From Macrostomum lignano (Eukaryota): a stretch of DNA of 64,000 nucleotides. Below, one piece after another: positions 1 through 13,500 of this stretch. Under the pieces are notes generated by a model. It saw only the letters and a list, made by a program, of their open reading frames with translations. It searched no databases and was not told the DNA's origin. Position numbers and translations under genes: made by a program. The DNA is taken from positions 27,695 to 91,694 of the forward strand of contig NIVC01003554.1 in the NCBI GenBank assembly GCA_002269645.1, in the 5' to 3' direction. Every line of letters starts with the position of its first letter. Positions within the stretch are counted from its first letter, which is position 1.

Positions 1-59
1 AATTAACTCTGTACCCTGCATTCATTTTTCTGTCTACTTCTAACTACCGTAACGCTATT

Positions 60-240
60 TACTCTTTGATCTACTTCTTTATCTACTCTCTGATCTACTT
101 CTTTATCTACTCTTTTATGTACCCTCTGATCTACTTTATCTACTCTCTGATATACTCGTACTTCGCATTCTAAACTCTGATCTAGCTTCTTTGCATTCTA
201 CTCTTTCATCTTCTCCCTACTCTCTCCCTACCCTCCCTAT
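60..240. repeat. Degenerate CTCTGATCTAC-type repeat
   Basis: Recurrent CTCTGATCTAC/TTATCTACTC; resembles the 17.6-kb array unit. Confidence 0.5.
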
Positions 241-318
241 CCATTCGATCCACTTAACGATTTTAATGGTACAATTCTTCACAAAATTATTCCCGGAGCA
301 ATATCGCCAGTCTCTCAC

Positions 319-1254
319 TTGTTGGTGCAAGTTTCTCTCCGTTGATTAACCAGCCAGTCAGAGATGTTGCCAAAAATGTCACCGTATTGGACAGAGGGAC
401 GGCGATAGATAAACTTGCCTCGGCGAGACTCCACAGAAACAACAGAGAGGCCGACTGGTTCGCTGCCAGAGCCGTGAGATACTGCCGGGATTGAAAGGAT
501 TGTTGAAAAGTAAGGCCAGGCTTTTATGAGTGTACATTGGGGTAGAGGGGTTTTAATGGTTAGATTGATTGTCTGCAAGTGTACATTGGGGGTAGAGGGG
601 TTTTAATGGTTAGATTGATTGTCTGCAAGTGTACATTGGGGGTAGAGAGGTTTTAATGGTTAGATTGATTGTCTGCAAGTGTACATTGGGGGTAGAGGGG
701 TTTTAATGGTTAGATTGATTGTCTGCGAGTGTACATTGGGGGTAGAGGGGTTTTAATGGTTAGATTGATTGTCTGCGAGTGTACATTGGGGTAGAGGGGT
801 TTTCATGGTTGGATTGATTGTCTTCGGGTGTACATTGGGGGTAGAGAGGTTTTATGCTTGGATTGATTGTCTGCGAGTGTACATTGGGGTAGAGGGCTTT
901 TTATGGTTGGATTAATTGGCGTACCGTATGTACACTCAGGAGAAGAGAAATTATCACAGTCAATCATAAAGAGTGTGCATTTAGGGTTAGAAATTTTAAT
1001 AGCTTCGTCAGTAGTGTACATATACGTACGAGTACACACTACGGATAGAAAAATAGAATCTAGTTTAAGACTTTGGTCACTGATTGTCAATCGTTCATTT
1101 TCTCGGCTCTAATATCGACACAGACCTTCCAATTGCGCAGCAGAGCTCCAAGGCTCCAAGCCTTGCTGTCACTTGTATCAGCGGCTGTGCTGGCCTTCAT
1201 CAGGGCGTTTGTGACGCCCCAGACAAGTCCAACAGCTGCGCAGAGGAGTAGCAT
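319..1254 (-). CDS. TMEM234: Transmembrane protein 234 homolog, 3'-partial; exons 1254-1126 and 481-319
   Basis: Exon 1 reads MLLLCAAVGLVWGVTNALMK...LLRNWK then a GT donor at 1125. Exon 2 follows a CAG acceptor and reads YLTALAANQSASLLFLWSLAEASLSIAVPLSNTVTFLATSLTGWLINGEKLAPT. This matches the TMEM234 pattern (WGxTxxL.K ... NQxGS ... AVPxxN). Phases are compatible. The last exon was not identified in the window. Confidence 0.85.
528..905. repeat. 50-bp minisatellite in TMEM234 intron 1
   Basis: Unit GTACATTGGGGGTAGAGGGGTTTTAATGGTTAGATTGATTGTCTGCAAGT, about 7 copies. Confidence 0.9.
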
Positions 1255-1384
1255 TCTTAACTGTCAATCACCTGGAAATTAAAGCATTGATTGATTCATT
1301 GAATTATTGATATGAAGGTATTCAAAAAGACACTATATTAAAACAGCACAAATATAGAAGTTTTTAGATATCAGAGATCGATTA

Positions 1385-1832
1385 GGATAGAATGGATTGC
1401 TAATCTAGCCAATCACAAATCAATTGGAATAGAATGGATTGCTAATCTAGCCAATCACAAATCAATTGGAATAGAATGGATTGCTAATCTAGCCAATCAC
1501 AAATCAATTGGAATAGAATGGATTGCTAATCTAGCCAATCACAAATCAATTAGAATAAAATGGATTGCTAATCTAGCCAATCACAGTAAATTGAAATAGA
1601 ATGGATTGCTAATCTAGCCAAGCACAGTAAATTGGAATAGAATGGATTGCTAATCTAGCCAATCACAAATCAATTGGAATAGAATGGATTGCTAATCTAG
1701 CCAATCACAAATCAATTGGAATAGAATGGATTGCTAATCTAGCCAATCACAGATCAATTGGAATAGAATGGATTGCTAATCTAGCCAATCACAAGTCAAT
1801 TGAAAAAGAATGGATTGCTAATCTGGCCAATC
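1385..1832. repeat. 42-bp minisatellite containing CCAAT boxes
   Basis: Unit GGAATAGAATGGATTGCTAATCTAGCCAATCACAAATCAATT, 11 copies. Confidence 0.92.
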
Positions 1833-2534
1833 TTGGATGCAGAAATACATTTAGAAATGATAGTTAATCCAACACAAAAGATAATATCCTTCATCTTAAA
1901 TCTTGAAAGCAACAGAGTTCAGTGATGAGGCAGAATCAGAATGACTCTACAATTAAACATCCGGCAAACAATGGATGACTCAGGGCACTACACAGGGATC
2001 AAGAGTATAGGGTGTCATAGTAACGGCAAGCCCTCCTCTCCAATTAAACAAAAAAAACGCAAAGGATCTCAGAAAGCGGCTTGAGAACAATTGTTCCTAC
2101 TTCAAAAGAGTCCCAAAAAACAAAGATGGATTATCTTTAGCGCATATTTTTAGATCGGCGCATCAAACAGACGAATCTACAATAGCAGCGAACTCGTTTT
2201 TGTTCGAAGAGCTATTCGGTCCCGTAATTACTAAGATAAAGCAAACATCTTTTGACAAAGACTACAATTACCCATATTAGAGTGGAAAACGAAAGTTAGT
2301 AACAGGCCGTGTAATTGTTGACGAGTAGCAGTGGCGTAGTGAGATATCAGATTTCTCAAATAAAATGCACACGGCACATCTGAGCTGCTAGCTAAAGCTG
2401 TTTTTAGCTAGCGCGTGTCAACTTAGAAAGAATTGAGTTGGAATTCGATCAAAATCTTGACAAGATGTTGGAAAAGTTTTCTTTTTCACCTCAAGGACAA
2501 GAAAAAGAGCATAGCTAATTGGTGCGGGCCAATT

Positions 2535-2772
2535 AAGAGAGAGGAGAGGAGAGAGAAAGAAGAGGAAAATGAGGAGAGGAGAGAAGAGAGGAGAGGAGAG
2601 AAGAGAGGAGAGGAGAGAAGAGAGGAGAGGAGAGGAGAGAGGAGAGGAGAGGAGAGGAGAGAGGAGAGGAGAGAGAGAGAAGAGGAAAATGAGGAGAGGA
2701 GAGGAGAGAGGAGAGGAGAGGAGAGGAGAGAGGAGAGGAGAGAGAGAGAAGAGGAAAATGAGGAGAGGAGAG

Positions 2773-2810
<38 letters not shown>

Positions 2811-2815
2811 GAGAG

Positions 2816-2847
<32 letters not shown>

Positions 2848-2852
2848 AGAAG

Positions 2853-2892
<40 letters not shown>

Positions 2893-2950
2893 GAGAGAAG
2901 AGAGGAGAGGAGAGAGGAAAGAGGAGAGGAGAGGAGAGAAGAGAAGAGAC
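2535..2950. repeat. Purine-only (GA/GAGGA) low-complexity tract
   Basis: About 420 nt made almost entirely of A and G. Confidence 0.9.
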
Positions 2951-4277
2951 ACAAACCTTGAACAGACAGAATTGCTATTGCGAAGTGTCAAAGGACCTGA
3001 AGGCCAGATAGAGAGGCTTCACAGATCGGAGAGGTCTTGACAATTAATAAAACCGTAGTTTTTAGCTGACAATATCACCCCCCCCCCAATTATATTTTAT
3101 CTTCTTGTGACAATCTTGTGACAATTTTATTTTATCTATATTATATTTTATCGGGCTTGTGACAATTAAAAAGTAGACTATTATTGAGAATTATGCAAGG
3201 CTTTTAGAGTGGCTCGAAACAGGCAGACGCAAAGCCGCTATATGCGGGCTATTACAGACAGATGCGGTTGAAAAGGTGTGGATGAGAGATATCTGATAAT
3301 GCTTTGCTTTCGCGTGCGCTTGATTATACCAGCCTGGCTACATTCATCCGGCTCTTATCTAACTATCAATCGATTGATTGGCGAATGAGTGAAAAATGAT
3401 ATGTATCGTTTTAAGATGACTATGAAGAAGCTACACGGGGTAACCTGCATATTTTTATTGGCGAAATCTGTAATTGCAACATCGTTTACAAGGCTATGAG
3501 TTCTGCTGATATGGAATTCTCTGGGAAGTTACTTTAAGCTGAATCTTGAGCTGGTTTCTGGGCTATTTTCTATGTAGCTTACGGGCGATTCTTGAGGCGA
3601 TTTTGGGGCGATTCTGAAGGTGATTTTTGGGCAAATATCAAGGTGGTTTCGGGGCCATCCTCATGGAGATTCAGGAGCTACTTTCAAGGTGATTTTTGAG
3701 CAAATTCTCGATTAGGATTAGCGACGACTTTCACAGTTTGATTGCTGAAAAATCCTCGAGCAGGATTCCTGCGTGATGCTATCGCATGCTCGTGAAACAT
3801 AAAATCTACCGGTAAAAGACACGGACGGAAAAATGTGAAGACAAAGAAAAGACAACCCCGAGGCCCAGAAAGGCAGAAGCAGCTGTGTAAGCATTGCGAC
3901 ACCACCTGACAAAACTAATTAAGCTCAAGCGGACATAAATAAATTTTTGAAATCCAGCCGTTATTGGCCAAAAATCATTCATGTAAATTCTATTTAAACT
4001 TAAGGCTGGATAAGGTATAAAAATTTTTTTTGTCACACTCTAATCATTATATCACTCTAACGATACGTATATTTCTGAATTATAGATTGGCTAAATTCGT
4101 TTTTCATCTGTTTGAAATTAGATTTGTTCAAATATCTCAGCCAGACAATGGTGAAATTAATTTGAATCTGCTATTTTTTCATTGTTTAAAACCTGAAAGC
4201 ATTTCAATTTCTATCAAAAATCGAGAAAATAAAATACCACTATTAAGCGGAATGGAGTATTAGTCATATTTTGCTTA

Positions 4278-5170
4278 GAATAGGGTAGCGCCAATGTGTG
4301 AATAGAGTGGCGCTAAGGTGTGAATAGGGTAGCGCCAATGTGTGAATAGAGTGGCACCAAGGTTTGAATAGAGTGGCGCTAAGGTGTGAATAGGGTAGCG
4401 CCAAGGTGTGAATAGAGTGGCACCAAGGTGTGAATAGGGTAGCGCCAAGGTGTGAATAGGGTGGCGCCAAGGTGTGAATAGGGTAGCGCCAAGGTGTGGA
4501 TAGGGTGGCGCCAAGGTGTGAATAGGGTGGCGCCAATGTGTGAAGATGGTGACGCCAATGTGTGAATAGGGTGGAACCAAGGTGTTAATAGGGTGGCGCC
4601 AAATTGTGAATAGGGTGGCGCTAAAGTGTGAATAGGGTGGCGCCAAAGTGTGAATAGGGTGGCGCCAAAGTGTGAATAGGGTGGCGCTAAAGTGTGAATA
4701 GGGTGGCGCCAAAGTGTGAATAGGGTGGCGCTAAAGTGTGAATAGGGTGGCGCTAAAGTGTGAATAGGGTGGCGCCAAAGTGTGAATAGGGTAGCGCCAA
4801 GGTGTGAATAGGGTAGCGCCAAGGTGTGAATAGAGTGGCACCAAGGTGTGAATAGGGTAGCGCCAAGGTGTGAATAGGGTAGCGCCAAGGTGTGAATAGA
4901 GTGGCACCAAGGTGTGAATAGGGTAGCGCCAAGGTGTGAATAGGGTAGCGCCAAGGTGTGAATAGGGTGGCGCCAAGGTGTGAATAGGGTGACACCAAGG
5001 TGTTAATAGGGTGGCGCCAAATTGTGAATAGGGTGGCGCTAAAGTGTGAATAGGGTGGCGCCAAAGTGTGAATAGGGTAGCGCCAAGGTGTGAATAGGGT
5101 AGCGCCAAGGTGTGAATAGGGTAGCGCTAAAGTGTGAATAGGGTGGCGCTAAAGTGTGAATAGGGTGGCG
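4278..5170. repeat. 22-bp minisatellite
   Basis: Unit GTGTGAATAGGGT(A/G)GCGCCAA(G/A), about 40 copies. Confidence 0.93.
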
Positions 5171-5583
5171 TCAATCACGAGAAGCGGTGGGCGCCAAAAT
5201 CAAGAATCAGTGGCACCTATCACAAGAATCGTTGACGCTAAAGACAAAAAAAGGCTTGAAAAATCTTTTGCCAGCAATAGTAAAGACAATTTCTGGGGAA
5301 GACAGAGATGAGGAGCGAGAAGGATTCTGCGTTGATTGTCCCAACCAAATTGCCGGGTTCAAATGCCTGACTACTTTAGCGAATCTCCCCTCATTGGCCC
5401 AGGAGCCTGCAGAAAAACAAGAGTCCCTGACAAAGCCAAGCAACCCCTTCCCCTAGAAGCAAGCTGATAATAAATAGGGAAATCGCCGAGCTAACCAAAC
5501 AGGGCCACAAAAGACGCAGAAACAAGCATAGCGATTTTGCAAAACTAAATTAAAAAACCGCGCGTATCCTGCGAGCAAAAAGG

Positions 5584-6222
5584 GTAAGACTTCAAAACCG
5601 TTGTTCTGTAATTTTGTTTCTTTTTTTTGAACGACAAATTTCTCAAATGGTTTGCTTCTTAGCTACTTTATAGTCCTGAGATGGCGCCCCGCTTACTCCC
5701 CTTTAGTGGCGCTCAGCTTATTCCACTCTGAATCTGATGACGCCCCCCTTACTCGACTCTGACTCTAATGACGCCCCGCTTATTCTACTCTGGTGGCGCT
5801 CCGCTTACTCCACTCTGACTCTAATGACGCCCAACTTACTCTACTATGATTGCAAGCCCGCTAACTTTATTCTGATGGCGCCCCGTTTACTTCGTTCCGA
5901 TAGCGCCCCGCTTACTCTACTTTAGTGGCGCCCTCCTTATTCTGCTGTGGTGGCGCTCCGCTTACTCCACTCTGACTCTAATGACGCCCTGCTTATTCTA
6001 CTATGGTGGCGCTCCGCTTACTCTAATCTGACTCCAATGACGCCCCGCTTATTCTACTCTGATTGCAAGCCCGTTTACTTCATTCTGATGGCGCCTTGCT
6101 TACTTCACACTGATTCTAATGGCGCCCCGCTTACTCTACTCTGATGGCGCCCCGCTTACTAGCACACTATAGCTCGTATACTGCAAAATCAGGTTTCTAT
6201 CATTTAATTTCACAGCTTACAG
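5584..6222 (+). other. Probable 5' UTR intron of ARID3
   Basis: Donor AGG|GTAAGA at 5584; acceptors CACAG (6215) and TACAG (6222) lie just before ATG 6241. The upstream in-frame codon 5551-5553 is TAA, so the upstream exon is non-coding. Confidence 0.5.
5690..6155. repeat. Degenerate 24-27-bp minisatellite in the ARID3 5' UTR intron
   Basis: Recurrent TGATGGCGCCCCGCTTACTCTACTC and variants. Confidence 0.75.
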
Positions 6223-6240
6223 AGAAGTAAACAAAACTCG

Positions 6241-9200
6241 ATGGAGCAGCAAGAACCGGTAGAGCAGCAGCAGAGGCCTTCCACACCGCCCCACACACCT
6301 TGTTCGGTTGCCGACGAGAACGCGGAGCACTCTGATCTCCTGCACCGCAACGACCAACTTCAATTGCAGGATCTGCGGTTGCCAAAAGCTACGAAAAAAT
6401 CACGCGATTTCCTAACTAGCAGAGATTTCATGCAGCACCAGCAGCACCAGCAGCAGCACAATCATCAAGAGTTCCTCATGATGACCAGCTTCTTAAAGGC
6501 GAGAGCCGCCGCCGCTGCCGCCAGCTCGAATGGCAACCAGGAAGCCCTGGCTCTGCCTCCGCCGCCGCCACCGCCACAGCCGCATCCGCATCCGTTCCCT
6601 CTGTTTCCGCATCTACTGGGACATCCGCAACTACCGCTGCTGCCAATGCTGCCGCCGCCTCTGCCGCCTCCGTCATCGTCAGCGCAAGGGTTTCAACAGC
6701 CACGCCAAGATCAACCGTCGAATAGGCGTCATCATCAGCAGGAGCAGCCTTGTCAAGACGGTCATCCATCAGTGCTGGAATCCAACCGGCGCAACTTCGT
6801 GCTAGACAGGCGAGCCAACAACGACGATTTCAACGAGTTCTACGCCGAGAGACAGCTCCTGATGCCGATGGACGACGAGATGGAGGACAACGCGGATGAG
6901 GATACAACGGACCAGAGGACGAGCCACGCTGCCGAAGGTGCGAGCGACTACTGCAGCGAGCGAAGCCCCCCGCCACATCCGTTGTCGTCTGGGAAAGCGT
7001 CACCGGAAGGCAGCGACTCCAACACGGCCGGAGGGCAGCAGTGGACATTCGAAGAGCAGTTTAAACAGGTCAGCAAACTTTATGATAGTAATTCAGAAGA
7101 TTTCATTGTTGAGAGCCTCATACCCTTTGGAAGTATCATGCAACAATGACTCGTAGTTGTATTACATGTAGGTATCAAAGTGTGACACACCCTCGAAATG
7201 TCGCATCCTCAAGGTGTCACAACTGTTACATCCTCGAAATGTCGCATCCTCAAGGTGTCACAACTGTTACATCCTCGAAATGTCGCATCCTCAAGGTGTC
7301 ACAACTGTTACATTCTCAAGATTTCACATCCATAAAGACTCACAACCTACCTCAAATGTGTGTAATCATCAAAGTACCTTAGATCTTGTTATTATCAAAT
7401 TGACTAATTGTTAAACATTTTCTCAACAATCCCCAATAAGTGACACGCCAAACACTCGCAGGTGTCACGGACCCAGCCTAAAAATATTTCAAATATTTAA
7501 ACATTGATAATAAAATCTAACAGTTTGAAAGACACTAAAGCACAGCGCTTTGTTTTGAAGTTCAGTTTGTCTAGCATAAAACTTCAAGTGCTGCAAAACT
7601 TACTAATATCAGCAAGCCGACAAGATCAACTAAGAAGCCGTATAAGTACTAAGAAGCCAGCATCTAAAGAAAACAAAAACAATAAGTGACACAAAAAAAT
7701 CTAAAATATAGTCTTTGTTTGGGTTTTTAATTCCCAGTCGAAATGACAGAGGTATTCCAGACCTTCAACAGCACGGAGTTTATCACCCAACTGGGAGTTT
7801 CTGCATGGGTATTTCTCGCTGCAGCTGGGGGTCCAAAGCCAAGATTGTAAATTGGTTCAACCATCTTCTTTCTGTGGCTGCATAAGGCTTTCTCTCTCTG
7901 TCTCTGGAGTTGGCTAATTTACAGCGCAAGCCGTAGGACTTTTCTTGAAAATTTCTAAGAAAATAAATACGGTAGGATAAGCAAGTTTACTCTATCGTCC
8001 GCGTTATCAGTGAAAATGAGGGTGTTTGGGCCTCAGGGTTTCACTGAAAATGAGGGTGTTTGGGCCTCAGGGTTTCACTGAAAATGAAGGTGTTTGGGCC
8101 TCAGGGTTTCACTGAAAATGAGGGTGTTTTGGCCTCAGGGTTTCACTGAAAATGAGGGTGTTTGGGCTACAGAGTTTCACTGAAAATGAGGGTGTTGTGG
8201 CCATAGAATTTCAGTGAAAATAAGGTGTTTTGACCACAGAGTTTCAGAGAAAATGAGGGTGTTTGGGCCACAGAGTTTCACTGAAAATGAGGGTGTTGTG
8301 GCCATAGAATTTCAGTGAAAATAAGGTGTTTTGACCACAGAGTTTCAGAGAAAATGAGGGTGTTTGGGCCACAGAGTTTCACTGAAAATGAGGGTGTTGT
8401 GGCCATAGAATTTCAGTGAAAATAAGGTGTTTTGACCACAGAGTTTCAGAGAAAATGAGGGTGTTTGGGCCACAGAGTTTCACTGAAAATGAGGGTGTTG
8501 TGGCCATAGAATTTCAGTGAAAATAAGGTGTTTTGACCACAGAGTTTCAGAGAAAATGAGGGTGTTTGGGCCACAGAGTTTCACTGAAAATGAGGGTGTT
8601 GTGGCCATAGAATTTCAGTGAAAATAAGGTGTTTTGACCACAGAGTTTCAGAGAAAATGAGGGTGTTTGGGCCACAGAGTTTCACTGAAAATGAGGGTGT
8701 TTTGGCCACAGAGTTTCACTGAAAATGAGGGTGTTTTGGCCACAGAGTTTCACTGAAAATGAGGGTGTTTTGGCCACAGAGTTTCAGTTAAAATGAAGGT
8801 GTTTGGCCACAGAGTTTCTGTGACTCCAGGTCCAGTTTTAGCTCTCCAATATCTCTACAAGCTAATATTATAATACCTTTATCTTATATACTCGTACGAT
8901 CGTATATATAGAGTAATTTTATGCGCCAGGGCTAAACTTAGTCATACCAAAGTTTAGTACGGGCAAGATGATGGCAGCTCCAGCTAAGGTTTCTCTATAG
9001 ACTGACTGGCTTTAACGTGTATCCAGCAGCCACAGCTGCACACTTGCTTGTCAGTCGCTAAGCCAGTTTTTTCATCATCATCATCATTATCATCAGCGGC
9101 ATCTTGTGGCGTGGCAATTAAATCATTTATCCGGCTGCGCCTTGGGGGTTGGGCAATTCTTGTACGACTTGCCTCTGTTGTTTGAAGCCTTTTGGACCTC

Positions 9201-10480
9201 CACGCCGGCAGGATACAAAAAGAAAATAAAGAACAAGAAGCTTTAGGCCAGGGGTTTTTACACCCGAATGGCCGCAAACATTTTTAGGGCCCGAATCTCT
9301 GAGGTTTGAATCTGAATTTTGCCTTATAATGAATTCATTAAGTTGGAAGTTTCAGCACTGAACGATACTTTTATTTGGCAATGGAAACAAGTCTTTTATT
9401 TTGATTTTGGCGCCCTAAAATTCTTGTGTTAGCGCCCCAAACCCTAATTTCTGATTTTTTTGCCCCCCCCCCCACGAATTCCAAGTTTTGGCGCCCCTCC
9501 CAATTCCTGGCTTTGGCGCCCCCCCCAATTCCTGGTTTTTGCGCCCCCAAATTCTAGTGTTAGCGCCCCAAACCTTAATTTCTGATTTTTTTGCCCCCCA
9601 CCAATTCCTGGTTTTGGCGCCCCTCCCAATTCCTGGTTTTGCCCCCCCCCCAATTCTTGGTTTTGGCGCCTCCCCCCCAATTCCTGGTTTTGGCGCCCCC
9701 CCCCCAATTCCTGGTTTTGGTGCCCCCATTCCTGGTTTTGGTGCCCCCCATTCCTGGTTTTGCCCCCCCCCCAATTCCTGGTTTTGGTGCCCCCCCCCAA
9801 TTCCTGGTTTTGGCGCCCCTCCCAATTCCTGGTTTTGCCCCCCCCCAATTCCTGGTTTTGGTGCCCCCCCCCATTCCTGGTTTTGGCGCCCCCCCCAATT
9901 CCTGGTTTTGGTGCCCCCCCCATTCCTGGTTTTGGCGCCCCCCCCCCAATTCCTGGTTTTGCCCCCCCCAATTCCTGATTTTGGTGCCCCCCCATTCCTG
10001 GTTTTGGCGCCCCCCCCCCAATTCCTGGTTTTGCCCCCCCCAATTCCTGGTTTTGGTGCCCCCCCCATTCCTGGTTTTGGCGCCCCCCCCCCAATTCCTG
10101 GTTTTGCCCCCCAATTCCTGGTTTTGGTGCCCCCCCCATTCCTGGTTTTGGCGCCCCCCCCCAATTCCTGGTTTTGGCGCCCCCCCCCAATTCCTGGTTT
10201 TGGCGCCCCCCCCCCAATTCCTGGTTTTGGCGCCCCCCCCGATTCCTGATGCTGGGGCAAATGTTAATTTTTAAGGTTATTTACCTATAAATGATGACTG
10301 TTGGCGTGTCGCAGTAACGGTCGGCCACTGCTGGCTTCAACCCACCGAACTATACCACTTTCTTTAACAACATCAATCACCCCGGTTTTCAACTTATATA
10401 GTTTACAACTTTTTTGTTGCAGGCACTGAATTTGAAAAAAATGATTTGTTCATAAACTTTGCTTGTGCGGCACTGTTGAG

Positions 10481-10512
<32 letters not shown>

Positions 10513-13500
10513 CAGGACAATGCAGATACGCGCATTATTCGGAAAGATTGTCAGAAATTGTCACTGCCAACAACGATGATGACAAGAGAACAGCGGTCTA
10601 AAGTGTGTTACACAGATATATATATCATATATGTACAGCGCATATTGATTGATTACTGATATAAATGTCACGATATGCTAGAAGTGGTGTGCTGACCCTT
10701 CGGCCTGCATAGTAACTGAACGCAAGGCCACTAGAAACTTCGAAAGTGTGTATGTGTGCACGCATATAGATATTGATAGATAGATGAATTGTAGTAGTTT
10801 GGTCAGAAGAGATAAACCAGACGATAGGATAGATAGATCGGTAGATAGATAGAAACGGTGCTTACAAATTGTTTATTACAACATCAATGAATTTACAGTG
10901 ACTTCGCTAGTTCATAATTCAAATCAACTCCGTGAAGTTTCGTAGAACAGAATTCAAAGTCGGTTGCGAAAATCTACTAAAAAAATGGCCAAAGAGCCAA
11001 GATGAAGTATCTAAACCATTGCGAGATGAGAGAGGAATAGAGGGAATGGTGGAGAGAGACGGAGAAAGAGGAGATGAAAAAATGGAGGATGATGGGGGAT
11101 GAGAGTTGCGAGGAGAGAGTATATATATATAGTAAATAGGATTGCTATTGTGAAGTTTCAAATGACCCCTGCGAGGGCCGCATAGGGAGGCTTCGAGGAC
11201 AGAATTTTTGTTAAGCAATAAACAATTTCCGTGGTCCCGTTTCTAAACTGTGAGAGACAGTGATCTAGATCTAAACCAATGTTTGTGCGTTTTAAACATG
11301 TCAAGATTTAAAAAAAACTAAAGACAATGCTTATAGGCTGTCCATAGAAAATTTCTTATCTTAACCTGTTAATCTTAGTCTACTGACTGACCAGAAACCA
11401 ATTTTTGGTTAGGTTTTTTTAAACTGTCTGTGAAAGTTTCAGTTTGCAGTGATGACACTTCTAACTTCCTATTGGCTCCCAGTTTACTCCTCTTGGCGCT
11501 CCTTTCACTCATTTTTGCGCCTCTTTCACTCATCTTGGCGCCTCTTTCACTCATCTTGGCGCCTCTTTCACTCATCTTGGCGCCTCTTTCACTCATCTTG
11601 GTGCCCCTTTCACTCATCTTGGCGCCTCTTTCACTCATCTTCTATGCGCCTCTTTCACTCATCTTGGCGCCTCTTTCACTCATCTTGGCGCCTCTTTCAC
11701 TCATCTTGGCGCAGCTTTCACTCATCTTCTATGCGCCTCTTTCACTCATCTTGGCGCCTCTTTCACTCATCTTGGCGCCTCTTTCACTCATCTTCTATGC
11801 GCCTCTTTCACTCATCTTGGCGCCTCTTTCACTCATCTTGGCGCCTCTTTCACTCATCTTCTATGCGCCTCTTTCATTCATCTTGGCGCCTCTTTCACTC
11901 ATCTTGGCGCCTCTTTCACTCATCTTGGCGCAGCTTTCACTCATCTTGGCGCAGCTTTCACTCATCTTGGCGCAGCTTTCACTCATCTTGGCGCAGCTTT
12001 CACTCATCTTCTATGCGCCTCTTTCATTCATCTTGGCGCTCCTTTCACTCATTTTTGCGCCCCTTTCACTCATCTTGGCGCCCCTTTCACTCATCTTGGC
12101 GCCCCTTTCACTCATCTTCTATGCGCCTCTTTCATTCATCTTGGCGCCTCTTTCACTCATCTTGGCGCAGCTTTCACTCATCTTGGCGCCTCTTTCACTC
12201 ATCTTGGCGCCTCTTTCACTCATCTTGGCGCCTCTTTCACTCATCTTGGTGCCCCTTTCACTCATCTTGGCGCAGCTTTCACTCATCTTGGCGCCTCTTT
12301 CACTCATCTTGGCGCCTCTTTCACTCATCTTGGCGCAGCTTTCACTCATCTTGGCGCCTCTTTCACTCATCTTGGCGCCTCTTTCACTCATCTTGGCGCC
12401 TCTTTCACTCATCTTGGCGCAGCTTTCACTCATCTTCTATGCGCCTCTTTCACTCATCTTGGCGCAGCTTTCACTCATCTTGGCGCAGCTTTCACTCATC
12501 TTGGCGCAGCTTTCACTCATCTTGGCGCAGCTTTCACTCATCTTGGCGCAGCTTTCACTCATCTTCTATGCGCCTCTTTCACTCATCTTGGCGCAGCTTT
12601 CACTCATCTTCTATGCGCCTCTTTCATTCATCTTGGCGCTCCTTTCACTCATTTTTGCGCCCCTTTCACTCATCTTGGCGCCCCTTTCACTCATCTTTTA
12701 TGCACACCTTTCTTGAATGAAATCTTGGCGCCTTTTCACATATCTATATCTTGGCACCCCTTTTAACTTAGTCAGTATCCCTTCCAGTCATCGTCACTTA
12801 TATTTATTGAATCGAACTTGGTTAGAAAATGAAATTAGCATAAAAAACGCTTGCTGCTTTAATTCCGTCTTTTAACAAGTTGTCTAACAATTTTTTTGTG
12901 CTTGCAATCTTGAAAGGCAAGGGAAGACAAACCCACACGGGAGAGGGGTTGGGTCGTTCGATGGCGCTCTTATTGGTCGGTTGAATTTAATAATTCCGCC
13001 GCCCCCTCCCGCGGCATATCTGACCCAGCAGCCAGCCCCAATCAAATCAAACAGATTTTTAGTATCTCTGTTTTCATTGAAACATCAATAAAATCTCCAC
13101 TTTTGAAAACTTTTAAAGCGCGAGTCTGAGATTAGATACGGGGTGGGAAAAGAGATGAGAGAGAAGGGAGGAGGATGAGGGCACACCATATCCCAAAAGC
13201 GCTGACTCGGTAAATGTACACGAAGTCATTTTAAAAAGTTTTGCTTGCGTATATTTTAGATTCTCAATTCTTTCTCAGGGTGAAAAAAACAAGGGGAACG
13301 GAGAAGGAGAGTAGGAGGAAGAGGGAGAAGGGGGGTGAGGGGAGAGGGAGAGGGAGACGGAGAATGAGGGGAGAGGGAGAGGGAGACGGAGAGTGAGGGG
13401 AGAGGGAGAGGGAGACGGAGAGTGAGGGGAGAGGGATTTTGACTCTTGGATTTGAGTAAATCTGAAGCGGAGCGAGCGAACATAGAGTAAATTGAACAAA

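Noticed and set aside
5187-5456. 89-aa ORF upstream of ARID3
   Set aside because: No recognisable motif; more likely chance or a uORF in the non-coding first exon.
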